Source: Thermoplasmatota archaeon (GTDB lineage Archaea > Thermoplasmatota > E2 > DHVEG-1). From it: a stretch of 34,390 nucleotides of DNA. Location of the stretch: NCBI GenBank assembly GCA_050410885.1, contig JBNVCE010000002.1, positions 1 to 34,390 on the forward strand, written 5' to 3'. Positions 11,682 to 22,356 of the stretch are shown here, in pieces. The notes under the pieces were generated by a model. The model made no database searches. It had not been told where the DNA came from and saw only the letters and a list, made by a program, of their open reading frames with translations. Each line of letters starts with the position of its first letter. Positions within the stretch are counted from its first letter, which is position 1. The position numbers and the translations under genes were made by a program.

Positions 11682-11895
11682 CCCTTTCAACCGGCGATAT
11701 GAAATAATCTAAGTAATTTAAATTCTTTCCTATTGTTACAATTTTTTAAATATAATGAATCTAAATCCTCATCTAACTGTTTTTTTTTTGCATTCGAAAG
11801 TACTGAAGATAGAAAAAAAATTAAAACTACTATACAACCTCATGATTATCAAGATGTTGTACAGTAGCGTTTTCTAGTTTTATTACCTAGCTTTA

Positions 11896-12192
11896 TTATT
11901 TCTTTGTAGTCAAAGATATTTCTATAGAAGATACATTGGAACTTCTACCTTCTTCATTTGTTATACTTTCAGTTCCAATTTTTATTTCTTTGACTTTTGC
12001 GTTTGTAACAAATCTGTTTCTTGTTATCTCTGCGGTATCTACAGCTCTACTAATAGCTCTGCCTCTTGCTTTTATTATCACTTCTTCAGAGCCTCCGTTG
12101 AACTGTGTAACTACTGCAAGTACATAGCTCATTGGCGGTTTATTTCCAACATATATTACGTTTTCGTCTGGATTTACTTCTTTTTCCGGCAT
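11896..12192 (-). CDS. albA: Alba (Sac10b-family) DNA/RNA-binding chromatin protein
   Basis: 98 aa. [51 protein letters not shown] is the canonical Alba core. A GGAGA RBS lies upstream, and a TTTATAAA TATA box lies about 55 nt upstream on the minus strand. Confidence 0.9.
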   Translation of the reverse strand: MPEKEVNPDENVIYVGNKPPMSYVLAVVTQFNGGSEEVIIKARGRAISRAVDTAEITRNRFVTNAKVKEIKIGTESITNEEGRSSNVSSIEISLTTKK

Positions 12193-12388
12193 AGTCTTTT
12201 CTCCTGTTTTTCATTTGATATTATGTTTCAATACAAACAGTATCATCATTTATAAATCTTTCTACCACTATTTTTAATGTTTAATATTTATTATTTTCTT
12301 CATATTTAAACTAATTTAGTTAGATTTATATTCTATAGGCTTTTACAAGTTTCAAATCCTATGGTAAAATCTACTAGGCTGTAATAAT

Positions 12389-14266
12389 ATGGAAATATTA
12401 GAAGACAAACCAGGAAAAAAAATATTACTATTAGGAAATGAAGCAATTACTAGAGGCGCTCTTGAAGCTGGTGTAGATGTTGCAACAACTTATCCAGGAA
12501 CTCCCTCTTCTGAAATAGCAGACACTTTTTCATTTATTGCAAAAGAAGCAACCAGTAAAAAAAAAGACCCTGGTTTTTATTTTGAATATTCAACAAATGA
12601 AAAAGTCGCACTTGAAGTTGCTGCAGCAGCTTCCATCTGTGGTTTACGGTCTCTTACTTGTATGAAACATGTTGGTCTGAATGTCGCAAGTGATGCATTT
12701 ATGACATATTTATACATTGGTTGTAAAGGAGGACATATTATTGTTTCAGCAGATGACCCAGGTTGTCACTCTTCTCAAAATGAACAAGATAATAGATACT
12801 TTGCTGTTTTTGCCGGCTCACCAATGCTTGAACCCTCAACTCCACAAGAAGCAAAAGAGATGACTAGACTTGGCTTTGATATTTCTGAAGAATTAGGTTC
12901 GCCTATTTTATTAAGAACAACAACCCGCCTAAATCATGTTAGAGGTCCAGTGGAAATTGGTAAATTAAAAGAACCAAGGCGTAAAGGATTTTTTGAAAAA
13001 AATCCGATGCTGATTACAACACCTGATGTTGCAAGAGTCAGGCATGCTGAGCTTTTGAAGATGTTAAAAAAAGCACAAGAACTTTCTGAAAAATCATCAT
13101 TTAATTATGAAGTAAGTATTGGTAAACCAGTATCTTGGGGAATTGTTACTTCAGGTGTTTCTTTTAACTATGTTAAGGAAATAGTAGAAGATCTTAAACT
13201 CAATGTTAGAATTTTAAAACTTGGAATGACCTATCCACTCCCTAGAAAAATGTGTGAGAATTTTATTAAATCTTGTAAAAATATTGTTGTGGTTGAAGAA
13301 CTTGAACCATTCCTTGAAGACCAATTAAAGATAATTGCTTTTGATATTGGTTCAAATGTTAAAATTTTTGGAAAATCAACAGGTCATTTTTCTCGTCTTT
13401 ATGAATACAACCCAGATATAGTGGTAGATGCTTTTTCAAAAATTTTTAATGTGAAAAACCCTTTTAATAAACCAGTGGAATCAAAAATAAAACTTCCTAG
13501 TCGTCCTCCAGTTCTTTGTCCTGGTTGTCCGCATAGAGCAACATATTTTGCTGCAAAAAAAGCAAAACCAAAAGATGTAATTTATCCTACAGATATTGGC
13601 TGTTATACGCTTGGCAGGTATAAACCACTTGAAATGGCGGATTTGCTTCTTTGTATGGGTTCGAATGCTGGAACTGCTTGTGGACTTGCAGTAGCAACTA
13701 ATCAAAAAATTATTTCATTTATGGGTGATTCAACATTTTTCCACGCAGCAATACCTGCTGTTATAGATGCGGCTCATCACAATCATGACGTTGTTATCAC
13801 TATTCTTGATAATAGAACAACTGCAATGACTGGTCATCAACCACATCCTGGAACAGATTTTGATGGTATGGGAAGGAAAGCTAAACGTATCTTAGTTGAA
13901 GATGTTGTAAAAGGATGCGGTATAGAACATGTTGAGGTTGTGGATCCAAATAAAATAAAAGAAACAACTGAAGCATTTAAACGTGCACTAGAATTCAAAG
14001 GACCAGCTGTTATTGTCAGTAAATCTCCTTGTATCTTACTTGAAAATAGTAATAAAATAAAACGTGGTGAAGAAATTTTCATTTATGAAATTGATCAACA
14101 AAAATGTAAAAAATGTAAAATATGTATAGCTCAGTTTGGTTGCCCGGCTTTTTACTATGGAAAAGACGGTAACATTTTCATTGATGCTCAGCAGTGTAAC
14201 GGTTGTGGTAATTGTGCAAGTATCTGTCCTTTTGATGCTATACATAAAAAGGAGGCTGAGAAATGA
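12389..14266 (+). CDS. iorA: Indolepyruvate:ferredoxin oxidoreductase alpha subunit
   Basis: 625 aa. N-terminal LLGNEAITRGALEAGV..TYPGTPSSEI, TPP-binding GDSTFFHA...DN, and C-terminal twin 4Fe-4S motifs CKKCKICIAQFGCP and CNGCGNCASICP. Confidence 0.9.
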   Translation: MEILEDKPGKKILLLGNEAITRGALEAGVDVATTYPGTPSSEIADTFSFIAKEATSKKKDPGFYFEYSTNEKVALEVAAAASICGLRSLTCMKHVGLNVASDAFMTYLYIGCKGGHIIVSADDPGCHSSQNEQDNRYFAVFAGSPMLEPSTPQEAKEMTRLGFDISEELGSPILLRTTTRLNHVRGPVEIGKLKEPRRKGFFEKNPMLITTPDVARVRHAELLKMLKKAQELSEKSSFNYEVSIGKPVSWGIVTSGVSFNYVKEIVEDLKLNVRILKLGMTYPLPRKMCENFIKSCKNIVVVEELEPFLEDQLKIIAFDIGSNVKIFGKSTGHFSRLYEYNPDIVVDAFSKIFNVKNPFNKPVESKIKLPSRPPVLCPGCPHRATYFAAKKAKPKDVIYPTDIGCYTLGRYKPLEMADLLLCMGSNAGTACGLAVATNQKIISFMGDSTFFHAAIPAVIDAAHHNHDVVITILDNRTTAMTGHQPHPGTDFDGMGRKAKRILVEDVVKGCGIEHVEVVDPNKIKETTEAFKRALEFKGPAVIVSKSPCILLENSNKIKRGEEIFIYEIDQQKCKKCKICIAQFGCPAFYYGKDGNIFIDAQQCNGCGNCASICPFDAIHKKEAEK

Positions 14267-14850
14267 AAACTAGTATAGTACTTACTGGAGTTGGTGGTCA
14301 GGGAGTAATTACTGCGGCAAATATTCTTGGTAAAGCTGCTGTTAAAGTAGGATTTAATGTTTATGTATCTGAGATTCACGGCATGGCTCAAAGAGGAGGA
14401 ACTGTTAATTGTACTGTTAGAATTGGTGATGTTTCAACTGCTTTGATTGCAAATGGAACTGCTGATGTAATCCTAAGTACTGAACCTGTAGAAACATTGC
14501 GTTATATAAAATATTCAAATAAAAACACCAAAATTATTACAGACATAACTCCTGTGATACCATTTACTGTTTCAACTGGCATGGAAGAGTATCCAGATTT
14601 AGATAAAATATTTGAAGAATTAAAAAAATATGGAAAATTGTACAAAATAGATGCTGTTAAAATAGCAAAAGAAGCAGGGTCTATTTTAACAAAAAATACT
14701 GTTATGCTAGGTGCACTTTCAGGAATTGATGTTTTACCTTTCAAAGAAGAAATACTTTTGGAGGCAATTCTAGAAAATATACCTAATAAATATAAAGAAA
14801 TAAATAAAAAAGCCTTTAAAGATGGTTTAAAGGCTATTAAACAATACTAA
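14263..14850 (+). CDS. iorB: Indolepyruvate:ferredoxin oxidoreductase beta subunit
   Basis: 195 aa. Contains GVGGQGVITAANILGKAA...EIHGMAQRGG. There is a 4-nt overlap (ATGA) with the iorA stop. Confidence 0.9.
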   Translation: MKTSIVLTGVGGQGVITAANILGKAAVKVGFNVYVSEIHGMAQRGGTVNCTVRIGDVSTALIANGTADVILSTEPVETLRYIKYSNKNTKIITDITPVIPFTVSTGMEEYPDLDKIFEELKKYGKLYKIDAVKIAKEAGSILTKNTVMLGALSGIDVLPFKEEILLEAILENIPNKYKEINKKAFKDGLKAIKQY

Positions 14851-14899
14851 CGTTTAAATATAATATGTTTTTTAATTAGCAAATAAACTGGTATTGTGT

Positions 14900-15925
14900 A
14901 TGTTTTGTGTTGAATGTGGTAAAGAAACACCTATCTTCAGGAATGGTGTATGTAAAAGCTGTTTCCTTAAAACCCATACTTTTACAAAAGGACCAGCTTA
15001 TATTGATATACCAATTTGTGTTCATTGTAATTCATATAAATACAAAAACACATGGTCATCTGAATTGTTTGATAATGCTTTACAAAGGGCAATTAAAAAC
15101 GAGTTTTACATAAATAAGGAACTGGAAAAAGTGAGTATAAATACAGAATGCAAGGACACAATGGATGGTAAATCATGTAAGATTATCATATCAGGATTTT
15201 TAGATAATGAAGAGATAGTTGAAGAGCATAATGTTCAAGTTAGACTCAAGCGGTCTGTTTGTGATATCTGCTCTAAACGTCATGGTGGATATTATGAAGC
15301 AATTGTTCAAATAAGAACAACCAATATAAAATTATCAAAAAAAGAACTTGAGGATATCACAAAAACTGTTGTTGTTTTTGTAGAGGATTTACATTCAAAA
15401 GGAAACCGAGGGCTTTTTATTACAGACATTGGTGAAGAGCATGGAGGGCTTGATTTTTACATAAGTGAAAAAGGGGCAGGTTTTAACATTGTAAAAAAAA
15501 TCCAAGAAAAATATGGTGGAGAAATAAAAAAATCATCAAAGGATGCTGGGGTAAAAGATAGCAGGCATGTTCATAGGATGACATTTTTAATTAGACTCCC
15601 CTCTTATAAAAAAAATGATTTCTTAATATTAAAAAACACTTGTTTTATGATAATATCTATACATGGAAACAAGATTAGATTATTAGATTTATCAACATGG
15701 CAAGAGCTTAAAATACAAGGTGAAAATTTAGAAGAAGCAGATATAATTGGTGGGAAAGAATTAATTAAAGAAATGATTTTTGTTAGTCAATCAGAAAATG
15801 AATTACAATTAATGGATCCTGTTACGTATGAAACATTAGAAATTCGAAAACCTAAACCAATTTTTTACAATGTTGAAAAAATAAAAGTTGTAAAAATTGA
15901 TGATAAAATATTTTTAGTACCATAA
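14900..15925 (+). CDS. Archaeal NMD3-family protein (large ribosomal subunit-binding zinc-ribbon protein)
   Basis: Cys clusters CVECG..CKSCF, CVHCNSYKY and CDICSKRHGGYYEAIVQIR, typical of NMD3. The track ORF starts at TTG 14894; the first ATG is at 14900. Confidence 0.8.
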   Translation: MFCVECGKETPIFRNGVCKSCFLKTHTFTKGPAYIDIPICVHCNSYKYKNTWSSELFDNALQRAIKNEFYINKELEKVSINTECKDTMDGKSCKIIISGFLDNEEIVEEHNVQVRLKRSVCDICSKRHGGYYEAIVQIRTTNIKLSKKELEDITKTVVVFVEDLHSKGNRGLFITDIGEEHGGLDFYISEKGAGFNIVKKIQEKYGGEIKKSSKDAGVKDSRHVHRMTFLIRLPSYKKNDFLILKNTCFMIISIHGNKIRLLDLSTWQELKIQGENLEEADIIGGKELIKEMIFVSQSENELQLMDPVTYETLEIRKPKPIFYNVEKIKVVKIDDKIFLVP

Positions 15926-15945
15926 AAAACCTAAAACTAATATTT

Positions 15946-17244
15946 TTATAAAAAAACAGTGCTGCTTGTTCTTTTTGAAATTTCGCCAGCAATGTTTGTG
16001 AGCATAAGTTTCTGAGCATCTTCTTTTTTCTTAGTATGCCCAAGCACCCACATAAGTTTTACATAAGCAGTTTCAGGAAGCATATCCTCACAGGGAATAA
16101 CACCAATACTAAGTAGATCTCTTCCTGTTGAGTAAACGTTCATATTAACTCTACCAAAAATGCATTGTGATGTCATAACAATAATTGAGCCGTTATCAAT
16201 TAGTTGTTTAATTCTTGGAAAAACATTTTTAGGAACATGCCCAAGACCTGTTCCAATAAGAACAATCCCTTTTTTTTCAGGAATATCAGAAGGTTTCAGC
16301 CCAGGGTATGAATAAACCATTGCCACATCTTCTTCCATTTTTTCATCAACTGTTACTTTTCCTGTTGTTTTTTTTCTGTATTTTTCAAAAATTTTTATTT
16401 CACCGTTTTCAATTTTCCCCAATGTTTTTTCATTAACGCTCTTAAATGCATCCCTTCTAGAGGTATGGAATTTTCTAACCTTTGTTCCCCTATGAATGTT
16501 AACATAGGTATCAGATATTTCCCCATGCATTACAACAACAACCTCCCCAATATCTGATTTTGCAGCTAGTGTTGCTGCAGCAAGTTGGTTTTGTGCAGCA
16601 TCAGAAGAAGGTCTGTCACTTGATCTTTGGGCTCCAACTAGTACAACAGGTCCGGTTAAATCTTTAAGCATGAATGATAAAGCAGCTGCAGTATAACCTA
16701 GTGTGTCAGTGCCATGAGGAATTATTACCCCTTGTGAACCATTGTTTAATTCCTTTGCTGCTTTTTCTGCTAGTATCTTCCAATTACTCACTTGAATGTT
16801 TTCACTGAGTAATTGAAATGCTACATGTACTTTAATGTTACAAATATCAAAAATTTCTGGAACAGAAAATGCAAGCTCCTGAGCATTTGTAGCAGGATGA
16901 ACTGCACCGGTTCTATAATCAACATAACAGGCAATAGTTCCACCGGTTCCAATAATAGAAACAGTAGGTTTGTTTTCATCAAAAGTTATTGTGTTATATT
17001 TTTTTTCAGCATGTTTATGTTTTTCTAAAAGCGTAATTTTTGTATCATTATCAACAGCAACTCCAATATTATAACCATTATCAAGCTTAATTGTTATAAT
17101 GTCATTATCACTAAACTGATGATGAGGCATTAAAATTCCTTCTTTTTTAAAATTTTTTGTTTCAACCAGTATTTTATCCCCATCTTCAGCATTAATATTT
17201 TTTAATAAATCCTCAATAAGCCTTTTTTTAGTCATTTGATTCAA
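15946..17244 (-). CDS. gatD: Glu-tRNA(Gln) amidotransferase subunit D
   Basis: 432 aa. N-terminal GatD-specific domain, then an asparaginase-like domain (IIGTGGTIAC, HGTDTLGYTAAALSF, GAQRSSDRPSSDA). Confidence 0.9.
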   Translation of the reverse strand: MNQMTKKRLIEDLLKNINAEDGDKILVETKNFKKEGILMPHHQFSDNDIITIKLDNGYNIGVAVDNDTKITLLEKHKHAEKKYNTITFDENKPTVSIIGTGGTIACYVDYRTGAVHPATNAQELAFSVPEIFDICNIKVHVAFQLLSENIQVSNWKILAEKAAKELNNGSQGVIIPHGTDTLGYTAAALSFMLKDLTGPVVLVGAQRSSDRPSSDAAQNQLAAATLAAKSDIGEVVVVMHGEISDTYVNIHRGTKVRKFHTSRRDAFKSVNEKTLGKIENGEIKIFEKYRKKTTGKVTVDEKMEEDVAMVYSYPGLKPSDIPEKKGIVLIGTGLGHVPKNVFPRIKQLIDNGSIIVMTSQCIFGRVNMNVYSTGRDLLSIGVIPCEDMLPETAYVKLMWVLGHTKKKEDAQKLMLTNIAGEISKRTSSTVFL

Positions 17245-17348
17245 AATTATAGTATTTATAAAGTTTTTAAAGATTTATCTAAAATATTATTTATAAAAAT
17301 TTTTTTAAGAGTATTTCCAAAGTGATTTTATGAGTTTAATTTAAAAAA

Positions 17349-18557
17349 TCATATCTTATAAGGTTTTTTAACTGGGTGAAAATCAAGGTTAAACCAGGGG
17401 ATAAACCTTCCAAATAAACCAAACAAAATTTTTGGTAAACCATGTATGATCTGATTATCCCAATAGTTTCTGCTCCAATGGTTAAACAATGATTTTAATG
17501 CAAATTTAACCTGCCTTTTATTTTTAATAAAATTATTTTCATAAAATTTGTTTAACTTATTATTTGTAAGATATATACCAATTCTGTTTTTTGTTATATT
17601 ATTATTTTGAATTAAGTTTCTACTGGAACCATAACCTAAATAAATTCCTGCTTTTTTGTTTAATGAAATTGTATTATTCAAAACAATATTTCTATAAGAA
17701 CTACTGATACTTAATCCCCAGTAAACACAATTTTTTATATTATTTTTTAGAATTCTATTATAATTAGAATATACTAGATGAATGCCACCATAAATATCAG
17801 ATATTGTATTGTTGTAAAGAGTGTTGTTTTCAACATGTTCACCAACTATTGCCAAGCCTAGATATTTATTAGTTATACTGTAAAATACATTATTTGAAAT
17901 ATTGTTGTTGCTGCAATACGGTACATCTGGTGCAGTTGTAAAAAGACAAATGCCTTTTCCACCGTTCATCTCTATTTGATTATTATTTATTATATTATTG
18001 GATGATTCCATTCTTATAGCATTTTTACATTGTAAAATTTCATTATTTGATATATTATTATTATCGCTATACAAGTAAATTTTTATTCCTGCTGGGTTAT
18101 AAAATAAACCAACAAAATAATCCCATGTTATTATATTATTTACTATTGTATTGTTTTTTGAGCATATTTCTAATGCTGTGTCTATATTATTTTTTGTATA
18201 ACTTAAATTTTCTCCACAATTTTTTATTGTGAAACCTTTGATTGTTACCGAATCTGCTTTAATAGAAACAACATTTCCTGTATGATTACCATCAATAATT
18301 GTTGTATTTTTGTCCTCCCCAAGGAGTTTTATAGACTTTTTTATTTTGATATGTTCATAATATATTCCACTGTATACATAAATAGTGTCACCATCTGATG
18401 CATTATCTAATGCATCCTGAATCAGGGTATAATCTGCTCCCCCATCATCATCTACATAAATTATTTTATGATTTTGAATAAATTTTTTTGTACCTGCAGC
18501 AAAAAATACATTATTTATTAGGATAAAAATCAAAAAAAGTAAAAAGATTTTTTTCAT
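17349..18557 (-). CDS. Secreted right-handed parallel beta-helix repeat protein (NosD/PbH1-like)
   Basis: Signal-peptide-like N-terminus MKKIFLLFLIFILINNVFFAAG. Many roughly 22-residue N-rich repeats (NNxIxxN...) typical of beta-helix folds. An AAGGAG RBS precedes the start, which lies 21 nt after the subtilase stop. Confidence 0.7.
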   Translation of the reverse strand: MKKIFLLFLIFILINNVFFAAGTKKFIQNHKIIYVDDDGGADYTLIQDALDNASDGDTIYVYSGIYYEHIKIKKSIKLLGEDKNTTIIDGNHTGNVVSIKADSVTIKGFTIKNCGENLSYTKNNIDTALEICSKNNTIVNNIITWDYFVGLFYNPAGIKIYLYSDNNNISNNEILQCKNAIRMESSNNIINNNQIEMNGGKGICLFTTAPDVPYCSNNNISNNVFYSITNKYLGLAIVGEHVENNTLYNNTISDIYGGIHLVYSNYNRILKNNIKNCVYWGLSISSSYRNIVLNNTISLNKKAGIYLGYGSSRNLIQNNNITKNRIGIYLTNNKLNKFYENNFIKNKRQVKFALKSLFNHWSRNYWDNQIIHGLPKILFGLFGRFIPWFNLDFHPVKKPYKI

Positions 18558-18578
18558 TTTAACAAAACTCCTTTAATT

Positions 18579-21350
18579 TCATAATAATAAAATATTTCTT
18601 AATATTTTACACAATTTTCCTTCCCCTAGTAAAAATTGAATTTTTGGAATAAAACGTATTAATTGATTATTATTATTTATACTTCTACTACTGGTAACCG
18701 CACCATAAGCATTTACAAGACCATAACCATATTTCCAATCATTTCCAGGACTGCCAAGATCTATTGTTGTTGAAAAAAGTTTATTTTCACACAAAGTTGC
18801 AGTGGATTTTAAATTTGCGCTAAAATAAAGAGCCGCTACCGCCGCTACATGTGGTGTAGCCATGGATGTTCCACTTAGTTTCATATACTTGTTTCCTTCA
18901 ACTGTTGAAATAATATTATCACCTGGTGCTACTAAATCCAAATTCGGCCCGTAATTACTCCAGCTGCAAAGATTTAGACTTTCATCTACGGCACCAACTG
19001 ATATCACAGAATTAAAACGTGCAGGGTAACACAGTATCGGTAATCCATCATTTCCTGCTGCTGCAACCAAAACAACTCCTTTGATATAACGAGCATAATC
19101 ACATGCTAAATGCAGCAGCATTGAAACACCATATCCACCAAGACTCATACTAATTATCCGATCATCATATTTAGTAGCATGAATAATGCCTTTTGCGATA
19201 GTGCTTGCAAATCCCATCCCATTACTATCTAAAACTTTTATATAATCAGTCCATACGTTTGGCGCCGCTCCAGCAATACCTTTATGATTATCAATTGTAG
19301 CGCCAATAATACCGGCACAATGAGTACCATGTTTGAAGATGCAATCATCCATTGGATCATTATCATTGTTTATAAAATCATAATTTGCTGATGATTGTTT
19401 TTTTGAAATATCTTCATGAAGATAATTACAACCTGTATCCAAAATTGCTACATTAACAGTCCAATGACCTTTTTGTTTATCCCATGCCTGTGGGCATTTT
19501 ATTGCCTTTAAACCCCATTGCTCATCCCATAGAGGATCATTTGGAATATAACATCTTTGATACACATAGTTTAACTCTGTATACTCCACATCCTGGCTTT
19601 GGTAAACAATTTCCATAAAATCTGTCGGTTCTATTCCATATATTTCTACCACAACAGTGTTTAATTCTACAAGTCTATCTACAATTGGAAATCCTTCTAC
19701 TTCATCTATTTTGTTTATATCAACATATGATTTAAATCCAACAATTACCTGGTTAGAACCATAATATACAATACTTGGATTACGGGGCAACCCTGGTTTG
19801 TATTCCCTGTATTCAACATCATATGATTCATATTTTTCTTCTTCTGATTTTACTTTTTTTATCAATTCATCTAAATCAAAATCTCTAAAATTTTTTATGT
19901 TTTTGTCATCATTTTTTTCTTTGTTTTGATTATTTAAAACATTTGAAAAAAATAAGCTGAATATTTTATTTAACTTATTTTTTAAATTTTGATTAAATAA
20001 TTCTTTAGATATGATATTTAAATTTTTTATTGCCTTATTTCTTGGAAAACTAATTGTCCTAACCACCCTCATAGTACCATTTGCATAAGCCCAAGAAAAA
20101 ATTTTCATCGAATGTTGATCCTGCTCAGTTTGCCAGTTGTGTACTTTAACAGTGCAGTCTTTTCTATTCCATGTAAATTTCTCATTACCATATTTTGAGG
20201 AAACATTTAGTTCAAAAAAATACAAAGTTTTACCAGACTCTAATCTATTTACATCTCTGCATTTTACTTCTATTTCATGGTTTTCTTTAATGGTTGAAAC
20301 ATATAATTGTACAGTTATGTTTTTCTTCCATGGCTCGGATTGGATCCAAATTTCAAATTTTTCAACAATATTAAGCATTTGTTGGACATTATAAATAAGC
20401 TCTGGGATTAACCATATAGATGCTTTTTCTAATAAAACTAAAATCGATTCCCTTACATACATGAAATAGTCAACTAATAAATTTATAAATCCAAATGGTA
20501 TTGGTTCACCAAATATATCACATAGTAAGCAGGTTATTAAATCATCAACCCAACATGATATTACATTAATATTATGTCTTTCAGTAAAAGCAAATTCAAT
20601 GAAATCAACAATAATTTTTTTTATTAAATTACACATTGGATATATAAACATAAAAAGTTCCCATACATACCCAAGACGCTCTCTTATTGGCCCTGAATAC
20701 TCTTCAGGATTAAAAGGAAATTGATAGTACCATAATAACCCGTTGTTTACTGAAAAATTTAAATAAGTATGAGGTGCTCCAACTTCTACTTGTGAATTTG
20801 TTGGCTCGTACCCCCTTTTATTAGACCAAAACTTAACAGCTCCAATATCAACATTATTATCTGGATTTGGATCTGTATTTTGAGTTGATACTGTTAAAGA
20901 AAAAAATTTTCCAGCTATGTATCTTTCCTCATCAACCTTTGGATCATAACTACTTTTGATATTATCAAACTCATGATATAAATTAATACTCTCTCCTACA
21001 TCTAGTTTTTCAACCAGATCTGTCCATTCAAAAATAATTTGATGTTGAGGGTATTTCTCCATTCCTAAAATTTTTAGTTGAATGGTAAGTTTTTCAGAAT
21101 CGATAACAATGGGTCCATAATTTGTTACTGTATATAATAATTTATAATATACTCTAGAGCTTTCATGCCAGGCAGCAGGCATATAATTTTCAACTAAGCT
21201 GCATTCATCTATTTTTATTCCTAAATCAAATGAATCTAAAGTTTTTGCTTTTTTATTATTTTCAATATTTATACTGTTTACAATTGGATTTATTATTAAA
21301 AGAATTGATAAGGCTGTAGCTACTATTTCAAAAACTTTTTTTCTATTCAT
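18579..21350 (-). CDS. Secreted subtilisin-like (S8) serine protease with a long uncharacterised N-terminal region
   Basis: Catalytic triad motifs AILDTGCNYLHEDI (Asp), HGTHCAGIIGA (His) and GTSMATPHVAAVAAL (Ser) lie in the C-terminal ~320 aa. An I9-propeptide-like segment (QVIVGFKSYVD...VEYTELNYVYQ) sits just before them. Roughly residues 35-520 match nothing I recognise. ATG 21350 (GGTGG RBS, then MNRKKVFEIVATALSILLI signal/anchor) is preferred over TTG 21383. Confidence 0.8.
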   Translation of the reverse strand: MNRKKVFEIVATALSILLIINPIVNSINIENNKKAKTLDSFDLGIKIDECSLVENYMPAAWHESSRVYYKLLYTVTNYGPIVIDSEKLTIQLKILGMEKYPQHQIIFEWTDLVEKLDVGESINLYHEFDNIKSSYDPKVDEERYIAGKFFSLTVSTQNTDPNPDNNVDIGAVKFWSNKRGYEPTNSQVEVGAPHTYLNFSVNNGLLWYYQFPFNPEEYSGPIRERLGYVWELFMFIYPMCNLIKKIIVDFIEFAFTERHNINVISCWVDDLITCLLCDIFGEPIPFGFINLLVDYFMYVRESILVLLEKASIWLIPELIYNVQQMLNIVEKFEIWIQSEPWKKNITVQLYVSTIKENHEIEVKCRDVNRLESGKTLYFFELNVSSKYGNEKFTWNRKDCTVKVHNWQTEQDQHSMKIFSWAYANGTMRVVRTISFPRNKAIKNLNIISKELFNQNLKNKLNKIFSLFFSNVLNNQNKEKNDDKNIKNFRDFDLDELIKKVKSEEEKYESYDVEYREYKPGLPRNPSIVYYGSNQVIVGFKSYVDINKIDEVEGFPIVDRLVELNTVVVEIYGIEPTDFMEIVYQSQDVEYTELNYVYQRCYIPNDPLWDEQWGLKAIKCPQAWDKQKGHWTVNVAILDTGCNYLHEDISKKQSSANYDFINNDNDPMDDCIFKHGTHCAGIIGATIDNHKGIAGAAPNVWTDYIKVLDSNGMGFASTIAKGIIHATKYDDRIISMSLGGYGVSMLLHLACDYARYIKGVVLVAAAGNDGLPILCYPARFNSVISVGAVDESLNLCSWSNYGPNLDLVAPGDNIISTVEGNKYMKLSGTSMATPHVAAVAALYFSANLKSTATLCENKLFSTTIDLGSPGNDWKYGYGLVNAYGAVTSSRSINNNNQLIRFIPKIQFLLGEGKLCKILRNILLL

Positions 21351-21593
21351 ATTTTTACCACCAGACTGGATATATATTTTCAAAAATTTATATTATTTGT
21401 AATAAATAATAACAAAATTTTGGATAAATAGTTATTAAAAAAACTTTTATGAAAAAAAATACAATAAAAATATTGTTATCAAATATTAAACCAATTGTTT
21501 TATAAAAGTCATTTTTTAGAAAAAATAGATAATAATGCAAAATATACTATTTCATCGTTAATCTTTTTATTATTTTCATTAATGTCATATTAA

Positions 21594-22355
21594 ATGCGTA
21601 TTGCAGTTAAATTTGCATATAAAGGAATGAAATTTCAAGGTTATGCAAGACAACCTAAATTAAAAACTGTTGAAGGAGAAATCATAAAATTGCTGATTAA
21701 AAATAATATCATAAACAATTTAAAAGAATCAAAATTCAGGTCTGCAAGTCGAACTGACAAGGGAGTTTCAGCTTTCGGCAATGTTTTTGCGTTTAACACG
21801 TTGCTGACAAAAAATGTTGTTTTTGAAAAATTACAAAACCAAGAAAAGGATATTCTTTTTTACGGTATAAAAGACGTTGATAAGGATTTTTACCCAAGAT
21901 ATGCAAAACTCAGAGTTTATAGTTATTATCTAAAAAAACAAGATTATGATATTAATAAAATATTAGATATTGCTTCTGTTTTTACAGGTGAGTATAATTT
22001 TAGCAATTTTGCAAAAATAGAACAAGACAAAAATCCACTTAGAACTATTGAAAATATTGTTATAACTAATGAGGATATTTTTTTTGTCATAGATTTTTAT
22101 GCGCAAACATTCCTCTGGCATCAAATTAGAAGAATTGTTTCTGCTATTGAAAAATTTGTAAAAAATAAAATAACAAAAAAAGAAATTGAAAATGCTCTTG
22201 AAAACCCTGATATAAAAATTGATTTAGGTTTAGCACCAGCTGAGCCATTAATTTTAAAAGATATAATTTATGATTTTGAATTTGATTATCAAAAAAATTA
22301 TTTAAAAAAATTAGCTGAATTTAAAAAAGAAATCATCTTATATTTAAAAAATTAA
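21594..22355 (+). CDS. truA: tRNA pseudouridine synthase A family
   Basis: 253 aa. Contains MRIAVKFAYKGMKFQGYARQP, a catalytic RTDKGVSAFGNV motif, and FLWHQIRRIV. Confidence 0.85.
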   Translation: MRIAVKFAYKGMKFQGYARQPKLKTVEGEIIKLLIKNNIINNLKESKFRSASRTDKGVSAFGNVFAFNTLLTKNVVFEKLQNQEKDILFYGIKDVDKDFYPRYAKLRVYSYYLKKQDYDINKILDIASVFTGEYNFSNFAKIEQDKNPLRTIENIVITNEDIFFVIDFYAQTFLWHQIRRIVSAIEKFVKNKITKKEIENALENPDIKIDLGLAPAEPLILKDIIYDFEFDYQKNYLKKLAEFKKEIILYLKN

Positions 22356-22356
22356 T

